Shown here piece by piece: positions 27,801 through 39,594 of a stretch of DNA of 64,000 nucleotides. Numbering within the stretch: the stretch's first letter is position 1; each line of letters begins with the position of its first letter. Position numbers and translations under genes: made by a program. This DNA is from Phoronis australis (taxonomy: Eukaryota; Animalia; Phoronida), in NCBI GenBank assembly GCA_002633005.1, contig NMRA01000646.1:62001-126000 (forward strand), written 5' to 3'. The notes beneath the pieces were generated by a model. That model made no database searches and had not been told where the DNA came from. It worked only from the letters and a program-made list of their open reading frames with translations.

Positions 27801-30800
27801 GCAAAACGGTTTACCTTCGTGAGTCCTGCAGTTAACTTGTTGATAACGATGTGAACCACCACTTCATCATACAACCGGGGACCCCTAGCGACTGGAGCTT
27901 GAGACAGTCCATCCGACAGTGAGGGAGTGTCTGACACAAGGCATCTACCAAAGGACAAATTACAATGAAACACATCCCTGATTTTTGTAACTATAAAGGC
28001 AACCCTTTGCATATTCAAATTTTACAAACGCATGGAAATTTATCAATCCATGATTGAAACAATCAAGTGCTTTAGGAATGTCATATAGTTTCACATTCAA
28101 TGTGAGAAGATCTCACCACAATGAATCCTTCCAAATCTCATCAAATGATTTTCAGACATCAGCTGCAGACTTTGTAGAGTCTCTAAAATCTAGTTTACTT
28201 GGTTCAACTCAGAAGAGACAACTCAAAGGTAAGAACACACTAACCCCTGCCACACCTGTGAAAGATTGTCAAACATCCACAGCACAGACTTCAGTATCTC
28301 CTTAACCTAGTTCAGTTTTTTCAATTTGAGACTATCTGAATTTAAGAATATCTCAACCCTGTCATACCTCAGTGAAGGATTCTCAATTATCTGCAACACA
28401 GACTTCAGTATTTCCAGATCCTGGTTCAGTTTGTTCAACTCCTCGACCTCGGCTCCGTCCAGTTCTACGTCAGGATCATCCACACGTAGTTCCTCCTGCC
28501 GTAGAACAAGCGCCCTATGTTTGTGCTTGTACTCCTCCAAACTGGTGAAGAACTTGTCTACGATCTCCGCCTCCACCTTGCCATCTCGGATGTCGTAGTA
28601 TCTGTGAATAGCAAACTATTAAGATAAAGTCTCACCCATTTCTGATAAAAGCTACTACAAATGGATCATTTTCATTTAATTTCAAAGGGTACTAAAATGC
28701 TGTTGTGAATGCCCACTATTTCTCTGATCACTATCTGATAGTAGCTATAGTGTAGAAAGAATTTAAGTGAGTGCTTCTTTCACTTATCTATCATATTGTG
28801 TCCTAAATTACTGAGATTTTACCATATACAACATCATTACTGTTAGAAGGAAGCTCATGGAGTGACTTTTACTCTGATTAAAGTCAGTTGTCAAAAAAAG
28901 ACAATCTTGGCAGCAAAAGTGTATTTGTGGCTATTTCAAGAGGATACTTTATTTCTAGTAATTTTAAACTGCCAACAGGTGTCACTATCTGCAGTTGGTA
29001 CTCACAGCTTCAGTCTTGGTTTCAACACGTCCTGGCAGTAGGAGTAGTCTTCATCATCGTCCTCATCCCAGCCCCTCCAGATGAACTTGTAGAAGAACCT
29101 GCAAGCCAATCACAGTAGTCTGCGGATGACTAGTCGTAGTCATGCACCAGGCACTCGTAATTGTCCCTGACATGTTTCGTAACTAACCTAGCTAAAACAG
29201 CTACAAAAAGCTATTGGCCGGTGATGACAAAAAGCAATAATATCCATCCAAGTGCTATTTTCATTATCATTCTACCAACCTGAACCTCAACAGAAAAAAA
29301 ATCAAAAAAATATAATTTGTAGAAAGCCTATGGCCTTTTCCCACCCTTTTTGCTAATGCCGTTACGCAGTACTTGGGTTCTCATTGAAGGTGACGCTACT
29401 AAAATATGTGACAAGGAACTATGAATGGAGATAGACATTTAGTAGGAACATCATCATATATAGGTATAGTAATGGAAAACGGGCAGAATTCGGACAATCA
29501 GAATCCTTTCACGGAATTTATATATTTCAGTAGTAGTTACCAAATTCTAATACTTTGGTTGCTAATTACCCAAAATTAAGAATGTAACCTACCAACGGAA
29601 ATGCGAGGTCTCCGTGTGAGGTGTACAGGTGAGCTCACCTGAAGTGTTTCATACATTTTGCACATGGTACACGGACCAGCTCACCTGAGGTGTTGTATAC
29701 ACAGTGTATATGGTATATAGGCCAGCTCACCTACGGTGCTCAATACAACCTGTACAGAGTATATAGGCCAGTTCACCAGAGGTGTTCTACACACAGTGTA
29801 TATTGTATATAAGCCAGCTTACCTGAGGTGTTCAATACACACTGTACATGCTATATAGGCCAGCTCACCTAAGGTGGCATATACACTGTACATATAATAT
29901 ACGCCAGCTCACCTGAGGTGTTCTATACACACTGCAATCTCCTGTTGCTCCTTCTCTTCACTGAACACAGGGTGAAGCTCAACCAGTGCCACCTGGTGGT
30001 CGGTTGCCTCCAGACTATTACGTAATTGGTCACTGGTCACTTTAGGGTTATCACACTGGAACGGCTCCGCCAGAATAATGCGGGCCTTGAACTCGTTGGA
30101 TGACCGCTCATATACCTACAATCAAAAACACCCATTAGAAAATACCTTCTGTTAGTAGTTTAAATAAAATTGGTGGTGCAAAGACAGTTGAACAAAATTT
30201 CAAATAAAGGCTAAAAAATGTTTATTATGGTGCGAATTTATTCAAAAAGTAAAAACACCAGCATGCCAGTGCCCAGTTTTATCAAAGATCATACATGTCA
30301 AGTGGTCTTGTGGTAGGCTCACGACTATCAACTAGTCTAAAGTGTAAACCATAGACTGAATTCACACCTTACTACCGATTTCAGAAACCACTGTGATGAA
30401 CAGCATCACCTATGACTGACCATTCAACCTTTGAAAAACTTCACAAATTGTCGTCAACGTGACAAAATTTTTATTGTGCATGACAAATGTGCTGGAGAGA
30501 TGAAATAAGTGACAGCAACTGTTTGAGGCGAATTTGGAGGGTAAATGTTTCTCACAACCCCCCTTCCAGACGTGAAAACATTACTTTGCCTATATTTCAC
30601 TACTACTTCTTCAAAACCTCATAACGATAGCAATCTAACACTTTTGACCAAAATTATCTAAAAAAATAGGTCAACGCTATATACCTTTGCAATAAAAATT
30701 AATATTTTCATTTAATGAGCTATTCCACAAGCTCACTGTAACCTCGTACCTGCACCACTACATCAAAGTGTTCCTGAACACCTGCGCAGTGGACACTTGA

Positions 30801-32280
30801 TTTCCATATTGCTGTCCAGCCTATGCCCACCCAGAGGTCAACAAACACACGAAGGTATTCGGTCACTTTACTTGGCTTGCAGTCCACTGTGAACAGAGAA
30901 AGACTGAGCAGGTATACACACAACTTGTCATGCACTTGTAACAGCGCAAGTCTCCACTGAACATCAAAAATGTGTATTTCATCTCATCAGGTATACGTTT
31001 CAGTTCAGTTACACATGATAACGATCAATTTTCATGAAGGCAAAGGAAGGAAAAACCCTTCTCCTAAGCCTGTCGCTAGCAAAGTGCCCGACACATACAG
31101 CTGCGCCCGCATGCCAACGTAACAAAGGCGCACTGAGACGCAACAAAGACATTAGCATAAGAATAACTGAACATTTGCAACTAAATAAGAATAATAAGCG
31201 TTACTAACGTCCCGTCACACACTGATCACAAGCACACATCTGAATATGGCAGTTCAAAAGTCACTTGATTGTAAAAGCATCATTTTTACCAAGAAAGGCA
31301 AGTCACTTTATTGCGAAAGTAGTATTCTCACCAAAGAAGGCAAGGATGTTCAGGGACACAATCAAATTTGAACCCATACAGTCCTCAAGATTTGACCATA
31401 TTGTATCAATTTTCAAACAAGTGTCCAGTGCAATGCTGGACAGATTGGTGGACACAAAATATCACGTGTGGTCAATTCATCAAAATTTCTGCTAGTCACT
31501 GGCCAGGAAGAAACATTTTACACATGGTTGGACAGATCTGGTAAGAATATTGTCATAAACAGACAACTATGTGATGTAGTATTTATAATTTTAGTATTTA
31601 TAATCTTAGTATTTATAATTTTCTGTTGGAATCAAACTGAGTGGCCCAACATATCTTGTTCTGTGACGGAAGTAGTCGGCATTTATTCGGCAAATCTCAA
31701 ATTCAACAAACCTTTTGACAAACCATTAACTCAAGACAACATTTATGACCAAAGAACTGCTTGGGTGTGGCTGGCCAGACATTCTCACGAAATTTTTAAC
31801 ACAAAAAAATCAAGTAATCAAGCTGCACACTAAATAAAAAGACAAAGTTTCTTTTAGTGCCAACAAACAGCTGGCTACATGACCCTTATAAATGGAGACC
31901 CAAGCTCTGTGACATTCCGAAACAACCAACTCAACTTACAAGCAAATAGTGTGAGCTAATGTGCAGGAGACACTACATATATGAAAATGTCAGCGCCTAG
32001 TTCCACATTTGCATGTGAACTCGTGACATTGTTAGAGAATGACTGGGCGAGAAATGCTTTGGACTAAGACTTTTATGACAACATTATAATGCATGTCCTT
32101 GTCGTGGGAAGATTATTTCAACCACTTACATAAAGTTTCTTGATACATGGCCAGCCTGTCATCGTACGTGAGTCGGTCTGGTCCACCGAACACTTTAGGA
32201 AGCTTGATGTTCTCGTCGTTGCTGTTATGATTAATACTGTACGCCTGCATACTTGTCCGCTGATCAGACGATGATATGGT
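15810..32280 (-). CDS. SHCBP1: SHC SH2 domain-binding protein 1 homolog (SHCBP1/nessun dorma), ~567 aa from ATG 32250, C-terminal beta-helix (PbH1) region
   Basis: Exons (-): 32280-32130 (ATG 32250), 30886-30750, 30115-29913, 29098-29006, 28601-28368, 27944-27815, 27255-27108, 18217-17964, 17607-17482, 16067-15810 (stop). All GT-AG, phases consistent, 1704 nt from the ATG. Motif HLRFFYKFIWRGWDEDDEDYSYCQDVLKPRLKLYYDIRDG matches SHCBP1; also GDTVLLYPGIY and GAQGAGVVLFP in the beta-helix region. An upstream exon or promoter probably lies near 36.8-37.3 kb but was not resolved. Confidence 0.9.
16131..16692. mobile_element. MITE family B
   Basis: Imperfect TIRs (ATAAATTTACGAACAACATATGTCCCG ... 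CGGGTCCATATGCTCACATAAAT). The segment CGCAAGCTCGTTACCAGAGATGAAA recurs inverted at ~25975-26000. Confidence 0.6.
17160..17510. repeat. Minisatellite, 68 bp unit x ~5, spanning an SHCBP1 exon end and splice donor
   Basis: CTCACCTG at 17210, (degenerate ~17276), 17341, 17409, 17477. Unit like CAGCACATTCTTAAACTACACTCAAATGGCTCATAACCAGAACTCACCTGCACTAGTACGCCACCTCC. Confidence 0.9.
17665..17894. repeat. Tandem duplication, ~117 bp x2 (intronic)
   Basis: CAGAAATCA...GCAAACTTAAGGT...CCAACTCCAAACACCAAAGAACAAAACAAAAATATCTGATTTTGAAGATT...AAAACATGTCACA present twice. Confidence 0.9.
19218..19680. mobile_element. Non-autonomous hAT-type element with 8-bp TSD
   Basis: TIRs CAGGCCTTTATCCA / TGCATAAAGGCCTG, flanked on both sides by exact TTGAGAAG (19210-19217 and 19681-19688). 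Confidence 0.85.
19983..20270. mobile_element. MITE family A copy, opposite orientation
   Basis: Reverse complement aligns by eye with 1846-2106 (TGTGTCCCAAATTCT...TTGGAGAATTTTTACC). Confidence 0.65.
21670..23829 (+). CDS. Uncharacterised secreted protein: signal peptide, Cys-containing N-terminus, long coiled coil, single C-terminal Sushi/CCP domain (349 aa); nested antisense in SHCBP1 intron
   Basis: Exons 21670-21948 (AAG|gtaggg) and 23059-23829 (ttttcag|AGA) join in phase 0. Hydrophobic N-terminus MSPIGVVCAGTVLAVFSLHMTFC; Q/E/L heptad-rich middle; C...PPVIMHG...AEFKCDPGFMMEG...YCVKKQWIGDVPLC fits the CCP pattern (4 Cys + Trp). ATTAAA ~30 nt after the stop. Confidence 0.85.
24138..24455 (-). 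mobile_element. L1/Tx1-clade non-LTR retrotransposon ORF2 fragment (post-RT region)
   Basis: WVKRLQSPERGSWKFYPQYILKNYGGELLWSCNF...FYREVL...QIIWHNREITLNNKSLYYKEFAKNGLCFIN resembles the C-terminal part of aquatic-animal L1/Tx1 ORF2. Confidence 0.75.
24820..25000. repeat. Tandem duplication, ~95 bp x2
   Basis: TTCTCTGATAA...TCAAGATGTGATTTCT..AACT.AGCACACA...AGCAAGT.AGTGTAACT.GGGT occurs twice. Confidence 0.75.
25597..26055. mobile_element. MITE family B copy, opposite orientation to 16131-16692
   Basis: Ends ATTTATGTTCAGCTTATGTCCCG and GGACATATGTCGATCATAAAG; shares a subterminal segment with 16131-16240 in reverse complement. Confidence 0.6.
26628..27090 (-). mobile_element. Helentron-associated non-autonomous element (HINE/DINE-1-like)
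   Basis: On the minus strand: TTTTTATGCGCCCACATAT...ATATGTGGACGCATTA (subTIR + inverted repeat), a (CCGT)n microsatellite at ~26978-27042, and a 3' subTIR TGGGCGCAT followed by the hairpin CAACGCTCTGCGTTG and CTCTTGTT. A related 3' end occurs at 39348-39395. Confidence 0.75.
29620..29935. repeat. Minisatellite, 46 bp unit x ~7, spanning an SHCBP1 exon end and splice donor
   Basis: CTCAC/CTTAC/TTCAC cores at 29634, 29680, 29726, 29772, 29818, 29864, 29908. Unit like GCCAGCTCACCTGAGGTGTTCTATACACACTGTACATGGTATATAG. Confidence 0.92.
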
Positions 32281-34043
32281 CTGAAACAAAAAAGTGTATA
32301 AATGTAGTTGACATAATGTGCAGTACAGAGATCTCTAGCTCCATACAATGCAGTCATTTATCCAGTGCCCAATGTTGCATGATCTTACAAAAACTTGCAA
32401 ACTAGTTTCTATTCAATTCAACACTTACAGAACTTCACTTGTCAACACTACCACAGGCAGAGCAGTAGTGCTGGTAAAAGAAACTTATCACAAACACTTA
32501 ACTGTTACAGCATAAAAGGTTGCAGTTTAGACATACTAGTAGGAAGCAATAGGGGCTAACAATTCTGATCGAGATCTGAAAATGATTTTTAATTTTACCT
32601 CAGGGCACAGCTAAATACGATGTCCAGTTCACTGTTGTAGTGCGGCAAAGTGGCTATTGCTATATATGAATTGCCTACATGCCAAGCACTACAGCTATAA
32701 ACTAGTCTATGGACCTGATGATTTAATTCGTAGACTGTAATACTTCCATGGACTTCTTCCTAAAGTTTAAATATATTAATTACTGACTGATCGACTGTGT
32801 TCCTTGTTCCTGATTGAAAATGGCCAACCAGCATGAAAACATTACCAGTACAGACTACCATAACAGCCAGACACCAAGCATATTTCATCTTGATGCAGGA
32901 GCAATTATTGCCCCTATAAACTGCTGACCGTGAAACGGTTGCACATTCACAACACAGGGTAATTACAACACAGGGTAATTACAACACAGGGTAATTTACA
33001 AGTTAACAATATTAGTAAGAAGGATAAGACAGAAAATTAGAATGCCTCATTTAGAGGGTGAACTCCAAGAATATCCATTATTGTACCCAGTTAACTAGTC
33101 CCAAGTAACATCATTTCTAAAACCTAGGAAGACCACAGTGACAATCACTCATGACAGACGTGACAATGTTGCAGCTCAAACTGATGCCTGCAGCAAACTG
33201 GAGCTACCATTATTAAGTTTCTAAATTACTGCCAGTGGTTTATTCGTTTTTTAACAGTCATAAGAATTTAAACCGATGACAATGAGTGTGAGGTGGAGCA
33301 CCATAGTTTCTCNGACCACGTTGTATCAATTTTCAAGCAAGTGTCCAGTGCAAGCTGGACAGATAGGTGGACACAAAATATCATGTGTGGTCAATTCATC
33401 AAAATTTCTGCTAGTCACTGGCCAGGAAGAAACATTTTACACATGGTTGGACAGATCTGGTAAGAATATTATCATAAACAGACAACTATGTGATGTAGTA
33501 TTTATAATTTAGTATTTATAATCTTAGTATTTATAATTTTCTGTAGGAATCAAACTGAGTGGCCCAACATATCTTGTTCTGTGACGGAAGGAGTTGGCAT
33601 TTATTCGGCAAATCTCAAATTCGACAAATCTTTTGACAAACCATTAACTCAAGACATTTGTGACCAAAGAACTGCTTGGGTGTGGCTGGCCTGATGTTCT
33701 TACGAAATTTTTAACACAAAACATCAAGTAATCAAGCTGCCTAAAAAGACAAAGTTTCTTTCAGGGCCAACAAACATCTGGCTACATGACCCTTATAAAT
33801 GGAGACCCAAGCTCTGTGATATTATCAAACAACCAACTCAAGCAAATATGCGTGGATTGAAGAGAAACCAGAGTATAGTATGAGCTAATGTGCAGGAGAC
33901 ACTACGTTTATGAAAACGTCAGCCCCTAGTTCCACATTTGTTTGAACTCGCGACATTGTTAGAGAGTGACTGGGCGAGAAATGCTTTTATGACAACATTA
34001 TAATGCATGTCCTTGTCATGGGAAGATTATTTCAACCACTTAC

Positions 34044-34194
34044 ATAAAGTTTCTTGATACATGGCCAGCCTGTCATCGTACGTGAGTCGGTCTGGTCCAC
34101 CGAACACTTTAGGAAGCTTGATGTTCTCGTCGTTGCTGTTATGATTAATACTGTACGCCTGCATACTTGTCCGCTGATCAGACGATGATATGGT
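34044..34194 (-). CDS. SHCBP1: Second identical copy of the 151-nt SHCBP1 exon (TISSSDQRTSMQAYSINHNSNDENIKLPKVFGGPDRLTYDDRLAMYQETL)
   Basis: Identical by eye to 32130-32280, with intact tttcag acceptor and gtaagt donor. Confidence 0.7.
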
Positions 34195-34528
34195 CTGAAA
34201 CAACAAAAGTGTAGTTGACATAACGTGCAATTAATTAAAGATCTCTCGCTCCATACAATGCAGTCATTTATCCAGTGCCCAATGTTGCATGATCTTACAA
34301 AAACTTGCAAACTATTTTCTATTCAATTTAACATTTACAGAACTTCACTTGTCAACACTACCACAAGCAGAGCAGTAGTGCTGGTAAAAGAAACTTATCG
34401 CAGACACTTAACTGTTACAGCATAAAAGGTTGCAGTTTAGACATACTAGTAGGAAGCAATAAGGGCTAACAATTCTGATCGAGATCTGAAAATGATTTTT
34501 AATTTTACCTCAGGGCACAGCTCAATAC

Positions 34529-34816
34529 TAGAGAATAGTTTATGTGACACGCGATTGCACTGTCGTGTCACGTCAGCCGTTAAGGTGTCCTCACGTTTGC
34601 GCAGTACATTTCTACACAAAACCAGATAAGTGCTGGTGAGTTCTTTTATTTGTCTATTTTCTGGCGCATACGTGTATTAGCCGTTATTATTACTTATCAT
34701 TCGTTGATTATAGAGAGTTCACTTCACAGTATCTATATATTAATTTTGTATGTTTCAGACGGACATTTGTCTTGCTTAATAAAGCATCGTTAGAAAAACG
34801 CGAGGGTTATTGTCTA
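34529..34816. mobile_element. 288-bp insertion with short TIRs and 5-bp direct flank (AATAC), present only in duplicate copy B
   Basis: Copy A empty site: CACAGCTAAATACGATGTCC. Copy B: AATAC[TAGAGAATAG...TTATTGTCTA]AATAC. Confidence 0.75.
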
Positions 34817-35640
34817 AATACGATATCCAGTTCACTGTTGTAGTGCGGCAAAGTGGCTATTGCTATATATGAATTGCCTACATGCCAAGTGCTACAGCTA
34901 TAAACTAGTCTATGGAGCTGATGAACTAATTCGTAGACTGTAATACTTCCATGGACTTCTTCCTAAAGTTTAAATATATTAATTACTGACTGAGCGACTG
35001 TGTTCCTTGTTCCTGATTGAAAATGGCCAACCAGCATGAAAACATTACCAGTACAGACTACCATAACAGCCACACACCAAGCATATTTCATCTTGATGCA
35101 GGAGCAATTATTGCCCCTATAAACTGCTGACCGTGAAACGGTTGCACATTCACAACACAGGGTAATTACAACACAGGGTAATTTACAAGTTAACAATATT
35201 AGTAAGGAGGATAAAAGAGAAAATTAGAATGCCTCATTTAGAGGGTGAACTCCAAGAATATCCATTATTGTACCCAGTTAACTAGTCCCAAGTAACATCA
35301 TTTCTAAAACCTAGGAAGACCACAGTGACAGTCACTCATGACAGACGTGACAATGTTGCAGCTCAAACTGATGCCTGCAGCAAACTGAAGCTACCGTTAT
35401 TAAGTTTCTAAATAACTGCCAGTGGTTTATTTGTTTTTTAACAGTCATAAGAACTGAAATTGATGACAATGAGTGCGGGGTGGAGCAACATAGTTTCTCA
35501 GGACACTTCACTCGTGTGATAAATCCATATAATCTGCACAAATGAGCATTCATTGCACGGTTAACATCGGTTCTGATATGATAATTAAGCATTAAAAAAT
35601 CCATAAACCATTAGCAGTAATTTGGTAACTTATGGTAGCC

Positions 35641-35819
35641 TCAGTTTGGCACAGGCATCAGTATAACCTGCACTGATGAGATATAGCGGTCCCTGATTTT
35701 GAGAAAAAGGCAATCACTGAATAACGCCAAATAAAGGGCGTTATTCAGTTGATGGAACTAGTTCTCAAAATCTGGGACCGCTGTATCGGACCAGTACTCA
35801 CCAACCTGCGCCAAACTGA
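35641..35819. mobile_element. Foldback (palindromic) MITE-like element
   Basis: Nested inverted pairs TCAGTTTGGC/GCCAAACTGA, AGCGGTCCC..ATTTTGAGAA/TTCTCAAAAT..GGGACCGCT and CTGAATAACGCC/GGCGTTATTCAG. Related fragments at 1-45 and ~25470-25550. Confidence 0.7.
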
Positions 35820-38800
35820 AGTGTTCCAAATCAGTTTGGCGCAGGCATCAGTTTGGGTTGCAATTTTGTCACTGACAGCATGTGCTTCACTGCTTGGTCT
35901 GGTGTCGGCGAACTGGCCTCTCTACCATACACAACTTCACAAGTCAGATTTAACGTTACTCTTTTAACTGTTTAAGCCTAAATCACAACTGCATATTCTG
36001 TTGTGGTAAAACATGCCAAATGATCACTTACAGCACAACAGAATGGTACTTCTGTAGGCCAACAAATATGAAACCCGTCTGTGACTGAACTGTGAGTGTG
36101 ATGAGCTGACGGAAGTCGCACAGGCCAACGACAAGATTTGAAATTTCCGCTTTCTCGTTAAAGCGACACCTGGTGGTGAAAGCTGTTGAAGCGCAGTGAT
36201 AAGATCTACACCTTCTTTGTAGCCCGAGTTTAAATTCATGTAAAAATGTGAAGTAGATTTTCCTTTTTTTAAACATATGCAACTAAAATATCGCACCACT
36301 GACTCCATTTTTAAAAAAATAACAGACCAGAATCAACCATGTCTCAGTCACGGATCACCTGCATTGGTCCGACTAGCAGTGCGGACTCCCGGGGTGGCCC
36401 GCCGNNNNNNNNNNNNNNNNNNNNNNNNNNNNNNNNNNNNNNNNNNNNNNNNNNNNNNNNNNNNNNNNNNNNNNNNNNNNNNNNNNNNNNNNNNNNNNNN
36501 NNNNNNNNNNNNNNNNNNNNNNNNNNNNNNNNNNNNNNNNNNNNNNNNNNNNNNNNNNNNNNNNNNNNNNNNNNNNNNNNNNNNNNNNNNNNNNNNNNNN
36601 NNNNNNNNNNNNNNNNNNNNNNNNNNNNNNNNNNNNNNNNNNNNNNNNNNNNNNNNNNNNNNNNNNNNNNNNNNNNNNNNNNNNNNNNNNNNNNNNNNNN
36701 NNNNNNNNNNNNNNNNNNNNNNNNNNNNNNNNNNNNNNNNNNNNNNNNNNNNNNNNNNNNNNNNNNNNNNNNNNNNNNNNNNNNNNNNNNNNNNNNNNNN
36801 TAACACGTCTTTCATCGCAACCGTCGCGGGACTGCGGATACAACTTAGGAAATAAAATTGTCGGGAGGTGACTAAATTCCGTCAGGGCTCGAGTTCCAAA
36901 TGGAACTGATATTTCGTTATGACTGACGGAGCCGAGTAGGCTTGCATTTTACTCAGTGAACATAGAGGAGCATGCTGGCCGCCAGCGGCCGGAATTTTTC
37001 ATTTCTTTACTGTGATGTGCCACACTCGGAACCATGCTTAAGGTGTACGCTTTAAGAGTTGTGTCTATATGATTTTGGAGACCAGAGGTGACGGAGACCT
37101 CCGCTGAAGGGTTATGCTCGAATTTAAACAGGTTACGTTCTGAGCTATGAGTTGTGCATCTGCTTTTAGTGGATTTTTGATTGTCTTGTTTCCTACTTCT
37201 TCGGACTTTTTGTTAGTCTCTGAGGCGGAAATTTTTGCCCACTTCTTTCGAGTCCCGCGCGAGACCGCCCTCCCCCCCTCCCCGGTTTCGTGCTCTGGTG
37301 CGCATTTTTGAACTGCCAGTGGGATTCACGGTAAGNACCGTGTTTTTAGAACCTAACGCCTCGCAAAAAGCGGTCAGGAAAGATGGGTCACAAAACTAGG
37401 ACATGTTGAGGAAAAGTTCCGAATTTCGTATTCCGTCTGATACTACCCTGGTGCACGCCGTGGGTACAAATTTACAAATTCGTACATGTATGCTAGTGCA
37501 TGAATAAGAACGTTCTTTATGTTAATATCTCCGTAATCACGAGATGTTGGATGTTATGCGACACTGAGTGTCAAGGATTTGTCCCATACAATACTCGTCT
37601 GCATTATTGACTTCAGACATCCATACATAGTTTTGCGTAATGATATACGCATTCAGCAGGATGAAAATTCTGACAAGTGACGATTTTTAGAATTTTTTTT
37701 GAAAAAGCGCGGGTATCTGGTAACTGGGCGAAAATGGTATCATTTCAAAGAATTTTTCGTTGAAAGGGTCAAATCAATAGCTAGTGATTTGAGGGACGAA
37801 ATTTTAACTTCGTATTCACACATATGGTTACCACATGCTCTCCCCTGCCCACCACTGTTCAGGCAGACTTGCCAAGATATCGTCTTGCCGGGTAATATAA
37901 GACACGTGGTCATCGCGCCTCAAACTGACCGCACCCAGCATAATTCATTTTTCAAAGACATATGAACAAGAAGATTTTTTCTCTTGATGGTCACATTTTT
38001 TTTTGAAAACATATCAGTACACTGGAATTTTTGCAGGATTTATTTGTGTACGTGATTAGGTTCATTTGACAACCAGATTTCAATAACTTAGGCTTTAGTT
38101 TCATTCAGAAAAGATAGTGAATAAGTGAAGTTTTGAGGGATGAGCGAGGCAAATTGTGGGGAATGACAAATTCGGGCATAATTAGATTCATTGTTTATAG
38201 TGTAACAGAATTTCCCGACAATAGCAAAATTGTCTACATTTGAGCATGATGCGCCCTCCCGTGGTCTCTTACAGAAACGAATGTTGATACCTGACAGCCA
38301 GAGACATCTAGTTCAAATGTTTTAAATTTGCTAGAGCCTTTTGTTGTAACAGAAAAAAATGCCAAAGTGGCTTGGTACACAACAGCCTTGCAAAATATAG
38401 TGTCAACATAACTGGAGTGTGATGAAATAAAGGAATTGCAGACGAATGTCTCAATATTATCTTGGAAAGGATTTAGAAGCCAGAAGTCATGAGAAGCAAT
38501 TCCCACTTATGACCTCACCCAATTAATTCTCCTGCAAACCTCTTCAGTGAAATTGACTGTCCACAATGAGACATATAATGATGTTACAAGAGAGACATAC
38601 AAGAAGGTTCAATAAACATTTCTAGGGTAAAAAAGCATGTATTAGACGTGAAAGGCATTCGTTAATCCCAGTTTTAGCCTCAGACCTGTGGGTGGTGGCC
38701 CTCCTCACATCAAATTCCCTTCGAACTACAAATGACGAATTCCAGTCCCCACATTTGATAATATGATTGCACATCTTAAATCCATCATTTTCAGTCAATT

Positions 38801-39594
38801 TTGAAATTTTGTGTAGCGCACATAGGCCTATTTACAATGGCTCTTTTGCCAATAAGGAGACCCAGCCTTTATATTATGTGTTGAGATTGCGGCTTTGACA
38901 TTCAAAGAAAATCAACCATTTAGGGACATTCTCAGCACGCAAAGTAATTTTACAGAAAATTGCAGCAAGAGGTCAAAATCGACACCACCAACTTGGTAGT
39001 AGCAGCTGTACGCTCTGCTGCAGAGCAAAATCCCATGTGTTAAACAACAGCAGACACTGGCTTTGATTTCAGGGAATGCCTGTCTGACAGGATAAGGGCA
39101 AGAAATGGTAAATTGTAATAAAAATACAAAAACACGATGGATTTTGTTGTTTTATAATTCTGATCAAAGCTAAAAACTTCCAATAAGTATATCCCATTTA
39201 ACAATATTAATCATGAAATTGCATATTTTGGTCTCAATGAATGCCCTTCTAGGGATTGACCAATCGGCATTGGGAACAGATCTCATGAGATCATGCAATG
39301 TGTGGACAACACAGTTTTAACTCTTGATGGGTCCAGCCAATTTTTGAAACAAGAGCAACACATAGCGTTGAAATATCCCCACGACTGCATCACGAATGGT
39401 GTTCATAGGCCAGAAACCCAGGTACAGAAATGAATTTTATTTTCTTTAGCTCTGCAGTAAACATCCATCTCAAACAATGGAAAAAACATTGTCGATACTA
39501 ATTTCAAACCACAATACTCCATGGCACCGAGTTCTTCAGCGCAACGTGTTTACAGAGCAGCCGTTACTATGCAGTGACGTGTTTGCACAATCTA

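Larger units (their letters stand above)
31394..35499. repeat. ~1.9-2.2 kb direct tandem duplication containing an SHCBP1 exon (probably two haplotypes)
   Basis: Copy A ~31394-33312 and copy B 33314-35499 are collinear with scattered SNPs and indels; a single N (33313) sits at the junction. Confidence 0.92.

Noticed and set aside
29620-29935. Regularly spaced repeats resembling a CRISPR array (also 17160-17510)
   Set aside because: The whole unit is repeated with no unique spacers, the context is a eukaryotic intron, and there are no cas genes; these are minisatellites.
36277-36855. Long ORFs in the track (also 46835-47745 and 7957-8253)
   Set aside because: Artefacts of translating through N gaps or poly-C.
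37250-37315. E2F-like TCCCGCGC and CHR-like TTTGAA as the SHCBP1 cell-cycle promoter
   Set aside because: Plausible, but the motifs are short and the first exon/TSS could not be located because of the adjacent gap.
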